UHGV virus genome: UHGV-0182645
Strand: one strand, 5' to 3'
DNA from: a virus
Length of the DNA: 12,895 nucleotides
Position numbers and translations under genes: made by a program. The notes under the pieces were generated by a model. It did no database searches. It was not told where the DNA came from and saw only the letters and a program-made list of their open reading frames with translations. Shown here piece by piece: positions 1-6,533 of the stretch (position 1 is the first letter of the stretch; every line of letters starts with the position of its first letter).

Positions 1-69
1 ATCGGCAATGCCGAAACCATCGAACTTGAAGAACGGATTGAGTACCACTATAAAATTCAAGTTGAATGA
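1..69 (+). CDS. 3' end of an ORF entering from upstream of the window (C-terminus ...IGNAETIELEERIEYHYKIQVE); product unknown
   Basis: Frame 1 is open from the window edge to TGA at 67-69. Supported only by the open frame and by operon-like packing with the two small ORFs that follow. Confidence 0.25.
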   Translation: MGNAETIELEERIEYHYKIQVE

Positions 70-100
70 TAGCAAGAGATAAGCAAGGAGTCACTACACT

Positions 101-190
101 ATGAACAGCTACTGTCTTTTCCCATCACTCGTTGTCCGCCACTCACGCGATAATCTGCATTCTTTACTCGCGCTGGGGGTGTCAAAATGA
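101..190 (+). CDS. small ORF, 29 aa (MNSYCLFPSLVVRHSRDNLHSLLALGVSK); possible leader or coupled peptide
   Basis: AAGGAG at 85-90 lies 10 nt before ATG 101. Its stop TGA 188-190 overlaps the ATG of the next ORF (ATGA). Below the ORF-track size cutoff; read by hand. Confidence 0.2.
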   Translation: MNSYCLFPSLVVRHSRDNLHSLLALGVSK

Positions 191-354
191 CCGTTCGCTA
201 CCTCAACTTTCAAATCCAGAACATCACTGGCGGTTGCTATGACTGGTTTGTCACTCTCGGAAAAGAAGTGATCACCGGGAAGCTGGATGAAGTGAAAGCT
301 AAAGCAATGGCCTACGCCTGCAAGCAAGCCAGGAAGAAATCCGCCAAAGCATAA
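187..354 (+). CDS. small basic-tailed protein, 55 aa (MTVRYLNFQIQNITGGCYDWFVTLGKEVITGKLDEVKAKAMAYACKQARKKSAKA); function unknown
   Basis: ATG 187 overlaps the upstream stop (ATGA), with a G-rich stretch (CTGGGGG) just upstream. Structured 3' region and an intrinsic terminator follow on the same strand. The antisense track ORF 109-327 has no such signals. Confidence 0.35.
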   Translation: MTVRYLNFQIQNITGGCYDWFVTLGKEVITGKLDEVKAKAMAYACKQARKKSAKA

Positions 355-459
355 AATACTGACTGTTGCGCCCTGACATTATCGTGGGGTATATTTCTAC
401 GGCACCTTAGAAAAACGGGTGCCGGGATTGGTCTCCCGGTAATGTCAAAGGCGACACAT

Positions 460-482
460 AGACGCCACAAGCGTCTTTTTTG
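460..482 (+). terminator. putative rho-independent terminator (stem AGACGC / GCGTCT, loop CACAA, then TTTTTTG)
   Basis: Hairpin followed directly by a T-run on the plus strand, downstream of the small-ORF cluster. Confidence 0.45.
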
Positions 483-645
483 TTGTCGGCGCACTCGCAC
501 ACCTATCAATGGTGGGCTGTGTGGTGGCTTCTTCGGAAGCGCCGGTTCCCTTTGACGCCGGTAAGACCAACTCCACACAGTCCACCGCCAGTAAGATTGG
601 TCTCTTCGGCGGTGGTATCGTTCACTGTCAAAGGAGGCTGCCAAT

Positions 646-861
646 ATGGCTACTATCCCTACCCCAACTCATTCTGAATTTATCTGGCGTTTCTATTCCT
701 GCCAAAAACACCTGTATATCTGCGTCATGGCTGCAACCGAAGCAGAAGCTCGTTCATACCTTCCTGAAGAACCCTGCATTTTTGCCGCACGCTTCACTCT
801 TGATGCGATGGAGATCCTCAATTACTGGAATCTGCCAATGAACTGCGTGGAGGTGCACTGA
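646..861 (+). CDS. hypothetical small protein, 71 aa, translationally coupled to the Rha-family gene
   Basis: AGGAGG at 632-637 lies 8 nt before ATG 646. Stop TGA 859-861 overlaps the ATG of the next gene by 1 nt. Confidence 0.5.
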   Translation: MATIPTPTHSEFIWRFYSCQKHLYICVMAATEAEARSYLPEEPCIFAARFTLDAMEILNYWNLPMNCVEVH

Positions 862-1802
862 TGAATCTGTCCATCTCTCAAAAAGCGACAATGACCAGTA
901 TTGAGATCGCGGAACTGGTAGGTAAGCGTCATGATAATGTGAAGCGTACCATTGAAGTATTAACTAAAGGTGGTGTCATTCAATTTCCTCAAATTGAGGA
1001 AATTGAAAATAAACAATCAGTTGGCCCTCGTCGATTTTCCAAGGCTTACATCTTTGAAGGCGAACAAGGAAAACGAGACAGCATTATTGTCGTCGCGCAG
1101 CTCTCTCCCGAATTCACCGCCCGGCTGGTGGACCGCTGGCGCGAACTGGAGAGTGCCAAAGTACAGTTAAAATCAAAAGCCGAAATTCTGGCTGAAATGG
1201 CGCAAATGCATCTTGAGCATGAACGCCGGATCAACGCCGTTAATGCCCAGGTAGCCGAAGTATCGGCACAAGTGTCCAAAGTCGCTGAAACCGTCGAGCA
1301 AATAAAGAAAGGCAATATGCCGGAAGGCTACATTGGCTACCGCCAGTTGGCGGCGAAATGTGGCCTGACTGAAGCCAAATGTCGCAACCTGGTTAACGCT
1401 TACCGGATTCCCACCGATACACATGAGTTTTTGACCCCCGATGGCTTGCTTGCGCGACGCTCCATTGTGGCTCTGGCCCCCTTCCGGAAAGCCTTCAAGC
1501 AGGTTATGTCGGAGGCAGAACCACGCAACAAACGCTGGTATCATCCCAAGATGGGGCTGTTTCAGGCAATCCATCATCCTTTACCGGAAATCCCAAAAGA
1601 TAATCTGTCACTGCATACCGCCAGAGAGAAGATCAGAAGTGGATATGCAACGGTATGCCGTCGCGCCTCATGGTCTGAAGGTGTATGGGTATGGCCCGAA
1701 GGCGGATCAAGGAAGCACTGGCGCACTATCCGGGATGGGAAAATCCATGCTATTGATTTAGCGCCAGAGGATATGGTTGCTATGGACTGGATTGTTAGTT
1801 AA
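861..1802 (+). CDS. phage regulatory protein, Rha family (antirepressor-like), 313 aa
   Basis: GGAGG at 849-853 lies 7 nt before ATG 861. The N-terminal segment TMTSIEIAELVGKRHDNVKRTIEVL matches the conserved Rha-domain signature (IAE..GK.H.NV.R.I) as I recall it; not search-verified. Confidence 0.7.
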   Translation: MNLSISQKATMTSIEIAELVGKRHDNVKRTIEVLTKGGVIQFPQIEEIENKQSVGPRRFSKAYIFEGEQGKRDSIIVVAQLSPEFTARLVDRWRELESAKVQLKSKAEILAEMAQMHLEHERRINAVNAQVAEVSAQVSKVAETVEQIKKGNMPEGYIGYRQLAAKCGLTEAKCRNLVNAYRIPTDTHEFLTPDGLLARRSIVALAPFRKAFKQVMSEAEPRNKRWYHPKMGLFQAIHHPLPEIPKDNLSLHTAREKIRSGYATVCRRASWSEGVWVWPEGGSRKHWRTIRDGKIHAIDLAPEDMVAMDWIVS

Positions 1803-1810
1803 TTACTGTT

Positions 1811-1838
1811 GCCCCGGCCAGGTCGGGGCTTTAATTTA
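1811..1838 (+). terminator. putative intrinsic terminator between convergent genes (stem GCCCCG / CGGGGC, then TTTAATTTA)
   Basis: GC-rich hairpin 9 nt after the Rha stop, followed by a T-rich tract on the plus strand. Sits between the convergent stops at 1802 and 1839. Confidence 0.4.
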
Positions 1839-2714
1839 CTAGTCCTGCTGACAATTCAGGAACATAAACGCACGTTTGTCCGTTAAATCCGTAACATAAT
1901 ATTCACGAATACCATTCGGTTTTATGCGGCGAGCATACACAAACTTATGAACTGGCTGGTCGCTGCCATAACTAACCTCAGTGCGAAATTCATCGACCGT
2001 GCTACCATCCTTTTCTGTCTCTTTGCGTATCAGCTTATTGTTCAGAACTGGTTGAGTCTCATCCATTCCGCTAAATGCATCTTGCCCGGTACTATTACCC
2101 CGGTTGCCACGTGGTAAATCCCACGAGAAATAAGTCCCATAGTCTGTAATTACCTGATCCCACGCCCCGGCTTCATCCATATAATGACTACGCTTCCCTT
2201 GGTATGTTACGTCAACCTTACAGGAAAACGTTGGCGCGCTATTACTTGCAGCAGAGGCCGTTGAAGATTGTGTAACACTGCCATTGTTGGCATTTCCATA
2301 GTTCCAGCCATCATGCAACGCTTTAACCCACAGATTAGTCAGGGATAGCGTAACATCATTCCCCAGCGCCTGGCTGATTCGAAGCCTCTGTATCCGACGC
2401 AACCCATACTCATAGGCTTCATCGTCATTAATCACTCGCCCACGTTGAGCGGCTACCACCCCAGATTGCCACGCACGATTAATTTCACGAATAAGATACA
2501 CTTGTGGATCAACTCCGTATCTGTTGTATTCATAGTAAAGGCTCATTGCGCCATGTTGGCTCTGGTATTCATTAGCCCATGATATAACCGCGTTTCTTCC
2601 ATAATCCGCGAGCGCAGAATGACTTGACAGAAGAAGAGCAACGCCAACAGTCTTCAGTAATTTGAATCGGAATAACTTTTTAATAATACGATTGGGAAAT
2701 ATGTTTTTGCTCAC
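1839..2714 (-). CDS. secreted or periplasmic protein of unknown function, 291 aa, with predicted N-terminal signal peptide; moron-like accessory gene
   Basis: 876-nt ORF starting at GTG with GAAAGG about 9 nt upstream. N-terminus has a basic n-region (KNIFPNRIIKKLFRFKLLK), a hydrophobic core (TVGVALLLSS) and an AxA-type cleavage motif (SALA/DYG). AT-rich upstream region at 2715-2830. No family recognised. Confidence 0.6.
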   Translation of the reverse strand: MSKNIFPNRIIKKLFRFKLLKTVGVALLLSSHSALADYGRNAVISWANEYQSQHGAMSLYYEYNRYGVDPQVYLIREINRAWQSGVVAAQRGRVINDDEAYEYGLRRIQRLRISQALGNDVTLSLTNLWVKALHDGWNYGNANNGSVTQSSTASAASNSAPTFSCKVDVTYQGKRSHYMDEAGAWDQVITDYGTYFSWDLPRGNRGNSTGQDAFSGMDETQPVLNNKLIRKETEKDGSTVDEFRTEVSYGSDQPVHKFVYARRIKPNGIREYYVTDLTDKRAFMFLNCQQD

Positions 2715-2943
2715 TTTTCAACCTTTCACCACAAATCAAGACTAACAACCCAATAATAATAACTAACCACTCTGTTTTTTTGATAAGCACCAAATCGTTT
2801 ACAAAAAAAATAGCAAATGACTATTGACACTATTCTGGAAATCACAAACTGCACATAATCCATCGCGCTAACGGCTCCCGTTGAAGGTTCTTTTGACGAT
2901 TAACTTTCAGCCGAAGCGCGGTAGGGAGTCATAACGCCAAAGC

Positions 2944-2968
2944 AGGCCGCCATGTGCGGCCTTTTTTT
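2944..2968 (+). terminator. strong rho-independent terminator (stem AGGCCGC / GCGGCCT, loop CATGT, then T7)
   Basis: Perfect GC-rich hairpin followed by TTTTTTT on the plus strand. No plus-strand protein gene lies upstream of it; see findings. Confidence 0.6.
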
Positions 2969-2995
2969 GTATCCGTCATCCGTGGAGGAAGGACA

Positions 2996-3649
2996 ATGGA
3001 AAAGATCGCAATATTCAGCCTGACCACCAGCAAGCCTCAAATGCTCACTGCAATACTGAAAGACGGTGCTCTCATTATTAACGAAGTAAAACCCCTTCCC
3101 GCGTCAGCATTGGAGCAAAAGCAAAAAATTCCTCCAGCTATAGCAGCCCTGCGGAAAAGCAAATTTAAGGTACTGGTAGACGAAATTACGCCAACGATCT
3201 CCGCTGGCACCGGAGCAAGTCAGGTGACTCTCAAGACCCGTCATGCCGATGGTAGAGCAGCAATCATCGTCGGGATGGAAAGATACAGAGAGTTAAAACT
3301 CCAGAAACTATTATCCCTGCCGCAAAATAACAAAGGTGCTTTCGAAATCCCCGACTCTATCGTTGATACCGAATACAATGGTAACGGAGAAGAAGTCTAC
3401 CGGGTGAACTGGCAGGACATCAGGCCGGAACATATTCTTATGATCCTGTGTTGCTACGCGACCGTATACCACAACGTTGCCAGTGCGGATTACGTAGAGC
3501 AGATGACCGGCGCAGTCGAGAAAGAGCAAAAAACAGGCATACTCGCTTCGTTCCTGTCCATTATTGGGCATGAAAAAGTTGAAGCAGGCACCTCCCAGCC
3601 AAAGTCACTGGCTGGGAAAGAAGTTGATGAAGATACCGTGATACTTTGA
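2996..3649 (+). CDS. hypothetical protein, 217 aa
   Basis: GGAGGA at 2984-2989 lies 6 nt before ATG 2996. The track ORF begins at 2954, but that ATG sits in the loop of the terminator hairpin, so I prefer 2996. No family recognised. Confidence 0.65.
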   Translation: MEKIAIFSLTTSKPQMLTAILKDGALIINEVKPLPASALEQKQKIPPAIAALRKSKFKVLVDEITPTISAGTGASQVTLKTRHADGRAAIIVGMERYRELKLQKLLSLPQNNKGAFEIPDSIVDTEYNGNGEEVYRVNWQDIRPEHILMILCCYATVYHNVASADYVEQMTGAVEKEQKTGILASFLSIIGHEKVEAGTSQPKSLAGKEVDEDTVIL

Positions 3650-3977
3650 TCACATTAGTAGCTTTGTTAACTCCCTCAATACCAGGTAGAAGAGTAACAA
3701 AAATATTGACGCCAGTATTTGCGTGGTCAATGAAGCGTTCATAAACAGATCAATTAGCATTAATAATTCGAATATAACATCCATGTCATTCACTCCGTTT
3801 AATTTTTAATCTAATGCCAGCAAATGAAGCTGGCCCCCGCACAAAGATTAATGAAAGTCACTTGTCACCAGTGAGGGGATTTATGAACCACATCCCCCTG
3901 AACTGGTGGCCTGTCTGTTTCTCACATTTCACACCCTGCATACAGTTTCCCCCAGGTTATGACTGAGAGGCTTTGTT

Positions 3978-4307
3978 ATGGGCTATAGCAGACTCGACGA
4001 CAGGTACATTGAAGACGATATTTTTCGTGCGCTGTTTCACCAGGAAATGATTAAGCGGGTATCGGAGTATCACTCTGATAATTTCCAGTACACGATAAAG
4101 ATTGATGAAGTATATCGTTCAGACCTTGCAGCCTACAGGGCGTATGGCAATGCAGATTTGCGCTGGGTATTCCGGGTGCTGGTGGGCCATGAGTCAGAAA
4201 TGGAAGAAATGCCCGCCGGGACCACGTTAACTCTTCCTGATGTGGCATGGCTGAGGAACAAGATCCGTGATTACGCGAGCGCGGAACCGGAGATAGAAAA
4301 TGCCTGA
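3978..4307 (+). CDS. small protein with C-terminal LysM-like / phage tail protein X-like segment (tentative), 109 aa
   Basis: GAGAGG at 3965-3970 lies 7 nt before ATG 3978. The C-terminal stretch YRAYGNADLRWVFRVLVGHESEMEEMPAGTTLTLPDVAWL resembles the P2 gpX pattern (..YYG....VL.....P.GT.V.LPDV) from memory. Its stop overlaps the next start. Confidence 0.55.
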   Translation: MGYSRLDDRYIEDDIFRALFHQEMIKRVSEYHSDNFQYTIKIDEVYRSDLAAYRAYGNADLRWVFRVLVGHESEMEEMPAGTTLTLPDVAWLRNKIRDYASAEPEIENA

Positions 4308-5493
4308 TTTCCTGAAAAACCAGGACGGGCGCTATATCACTGACGGCCTGTCCTCTAAGGACTTCACGCGTTTATTCGACCTTATCAGGAAAGAACAAAC
4401 CCGTAAGCGCCGACAAGCTCACCGGACGCTGACGCCAGGTAGACTGAGGAACAAATCCGCCGAAGATATTCTCAAGTTAGGGAAGAAAAAAGGCGGCACG
4501 TTCTTCACGCGAGACGACCTGAAAGGTTTCGAAAAGCTACGGAGTAAAACACGCGAAAAATATGACAGCAAGACGGCTGGCATCACATACGCCCAGCTGG
4601 TGGCATCCAGCCAGGCAATCGATATTAAGCGTGCAAATAACGCCGTGGATGACGGATCTGGTATCAAAAGAGCTACACCCGTATCTCTTCGCCACAACGT
4701 GATTAATATCCGCGTAGAAGCATCGGATATATCCGTCCACCAGCACCATATCGTCCGGATACGCTTTGAAGAATGGGATCAGATGGTCGATGACATCGCA
4801 GAAGACGATAAATCAGCTCTGAAAATCACTAAATCACTGTGCGCTGGGCGGGTGTCTTTCGATTGTGACTGTGGTCGTCATCAATACTGGTATCGTTACA
4901 TCGCTACTGCGGGTAACTTTGCCCTGGCCCCGCCAAAAGAATACGCCTATCCAAAAGTTCGTAACCCTAAGCTACAAGGCGTCGCCTGTAAACACGTGAT
5001 CCACTCAATGACGCGGTTACAGTCCGCTAGTTGGCAAATGAGTATTGCTCGTGCGTTACAAAAGGCCGCAACGCAAATTGCATTTGGTGACGATCGCCGC
5101 CGTACAACCAAACACTTCTCAAAAGAAGACGAGAGGGAGTTTAATCGCAATCGCAACAGTAAAACAAACGTTGACGCTGCCAAGCGCGAATGGAGGCTCT
5201 ATCAGAAGCGCCAGGCAGCTTTAAGTACAAAACTGGCAAAGGACAACGGCAAGATCGACAAGCTACGTGACCAATTGACCAGGGCCAGAAAGTTGTCAGA
5301 CGCACAGAAAAAACGGGCGGCTGCAAAAGAAGCGGCCTTGCAACGTGAGAAACAGAAAAACAAGGAGCTTCAGCAACGCCTTGCCGATCAGTTCGCACTG
5401 AAGAAGCAAGCGTTCATTGATGCGCTTGTCATGGCTGGAACGCCACAAGAACAGGCTGAGAAGATGTTTATAGAGTACGTGAAAAAAGCATAA
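4300..5493 (+). CDS. 397-aa protein with a CxC...CxH (SWIM-like) putative zinc-binding motif and a highly charged C-terminal coiled-coil-like tail; function unknown
   Basis: ATG 4300 overlaps the upstream stop (ATGCCTGA). Motif FDCDCGRHQYW...GVACKHVIH. The last ~100 aa are K/R/E/Q/A-rich with heptad-like periodicity. Confidence 0.7.
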   Translation: MPDFLKNQDGRYITDGLSSKDFTRLFDLIRKEQTRKRRQAHRTLTPGRLRNKSAEDILKLGKKKGGTFFTRDDLKGFEKLRSKTREKYDSKTAGITYAQLVASSQAIDIKRANNAVDDGSGIKRATPVSLRHNVINIRVEASDISVHQHHIVRIRFEEWDQMVDDIAEDDKSALKITKSLCAGRVSFDCDCGRHQYWYRYIATAGNFALAPPKEYAYPKVRNPKLQGVACKHVIHSMTRLQSASWQMSIARALQKAATQIAFGDDRRRTTKHFSKEDEREFNRNRNSKTNVDAAKREWRLYQKRQAALSTKLAKDNGKIDKLRDQLTRARKLSDAQKKRAAAKEAALQREKQKNKELQQRLADQFALKKQAFIDALVMAGTPQEQAEKMFIEYVKKA

Positions 5494-5526
5494 ACCACAC
5501 ATAGCCTAGTAGTTTATGCTGGGCTT

Positions 5527-6255
5527 TCATTTTTTTGAAAGATCAATTCCAGTATTATCAAACAAACTGGAAATATCAGACACCAATTTATTAAAATGCT
5601 TGTCATCATTATAGAATGATGTGCTTTTTATAGCGACTATAAAATCACATAAATCTTGCGGAGATTCAATGCTAACCCCCTTATTTTTATATAGCTCAAT
5701 AATACTGCCAACATCAGTATGCAATAGTTTTATCGCGCCACAAATTTCTCGCTGTTTCGCAACTAGGTCATTAAGTTTATTTTCATTTTCATCTAAGATT
5801 TGTTTTGAATATTTAGCGTCATTGGTTGCTTGATTTAACTTTGTTTTCTTTCTTTGCAATTCTATTCTTTTATCATAATCAGCAACTTCATCTAAATATC
5901 TTATTTCAGTGTATAATTTACTTGTTAGCTTAGATATCTTCAGTGTGAGAATAGGAGCTAACACAGATGCAAATACTCCATAAACAAATGGGATTACAAC
6001 GTGATAAACCCACGGGGATACAATCCAATTATCAAAGAACGGGACATTGCCACCAACAAAAACAATAGATAATGTATATAGGATGTCGTCCTTTGACTTT
6101 AATATAATTAAAATATCCTTCCAGTTAAAAATTAGAAAAGAAATGACAACATATGCAAAAACCTTGTTAAATATTTTATCTTTTATTATTTCAGAAAATG
6201 ATTTTAGTTCTGTTTCATTTATAGACGGATTATCTGTAACTTTTTCTGACATCAT
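5527..6255 (-). CDS. AT-rich membrane protein, 242 aa: two predicted TM segments, a coiled-coil segment and a C-terminal domain; candidate exclusion or abortive-infection effector
   Basis: AGGAT lies 6 nt before ATG 6255. Hydrophobic segments VFAYVVISFLIFNWKDILIIL and VVIPFVYGVFASVLAPILTL, then a charged heptad-like stretch (RIELQRKKTKLNQATNDAKYSKQILDENENKLNDLVAKQ). Hand-counted G+C in sampled 60-nt stretches is about 23-32%, against about 50% in flanking genes. Confidence 0.65.
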   Translation of the reverse strand: MMSEKVTDNPSINETELKSFSEIIKDKIFNKVFAYVVISFLIFNWKDILIILKSKDDILYTLSIVFVGGNVPFFDNWIVSPWVYHVVIPFVYGVFASVLAPILTLKISKLTSKLYTEIRYLDEVADYDKRIELQRKKTKLNQATNDAKYSKQILDENENKLNDLVAKQREICGAIKLLHTDVGSIIELYKNKGVSIESPQDLCDFIVAIKSTSFYNDDKHFNKLVSDISSLFDNTGIDLSKK

Positions 6256-6276
6256 AGCTTATCCTGATTACTTTTA

Positions 6277-6477
6277 TTATGGATAGTTAAAAGATTCAAC
6301 AGGTGATGGTGGCTGAATTGGGTAATGTTTCTTCTCGTACTCCTCAATGAGAAGACTCATAACCTCAAAGAAATCACCTTCCGGAGTATTCATTTCCGGT
6401 TCGTTATCGAACATCGGTTCGACCGCACGCAGTGCGGCCTCATAATCTTGTTCTGTACGGATAGGTTTAATGTTCAT
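6277..6477 (-). CDS. orphan 66-aa ORF resembling only the N-terminal (non-HTH) part of a longer HigA-type antitoxin; possible gene remnant or small partner of the adjacent membrane protein
   Basis: Sequence MNIKPIRTEQDYEAALRAVEPMFDNEPEMNTPEGDFFEVMSLLIEEYEKKHYPIQPP fits the N-terminal consensus I recall for that antitoxin family (..EYE.AL..I..L.D....PEGD..E.L..LIE.YE..HYPI). The ORF stops where the HTH would start. No clear SD; it starts 12 nt after a terminator hairpin. Confidence 0.4.
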   Translation of the reverse strand: MNIKPIRTEQDYEAALRAVEPMFDNEPEMNTPEGDFFEVMSLLIEEYEKKHYPIQPPSPVESFNYP

Positions 6478-6489
6478 TAATTACAAAGG

Positions 6490-6516
6490 AAAGCCCACTT
6501 GCTAAGTGGGCTTTTT
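6490..6516. terminator. bidirectional-capable intrinsic terminator (10-bp stem AAAGCCCACT / AGTGGGCTTT, loop TGCTA)
   Basis: Perfect 10-bp stem. Followed on the plus strand by TTGTATGTGTTTT and on the minus strand by CCUUUGU. Sits 18 nt past the higA stop. Confidence 0.5.
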
Positions 6517-6533
6517 GTATGTGTTTTACTATA

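Noticed and set aside
312-841. Overlapping track ORFs 312-644 (-), 480-677 (+) and 509-841 (+)
   Set aside because: They cover a region full of hairpins, a terminator and repeated motifs. They have no SD, conflict with one another, and are better explained as non-coding regulatory sequence.
1839-2714. Secreted 291-aa protein as an ADP-ribosylating AB5-type toxin subunit
   Set aside because: I looked for the catalytic Arg / STS / Glu arrangement and for similarity to pertussis or heat-labile toxin A subunits and did not find them by eye.
2824-2859. TTGACA ... CATAAT as a sigma-70 promoter
   Set aside because: The hexamers are 24 bp apart, well outside the 16-19 bp functional spacing. Kept only as context for the orphan terminator.
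2954-2995. ATG 2954 as start of the 2996-3649 gene
   Set aside because: That ATG sits in the loop of the terminator hairpin. ATG 2996 has a GGAGGA SD 6 nt upstream.
5621-6286. Plus-strand ORFs 5621-5833 and 6047-6286
   Set aside because: They are antisense to the AT-rich membrane-protein gene. AT-rich sequence yields long open frames by chance, and they have no SD.
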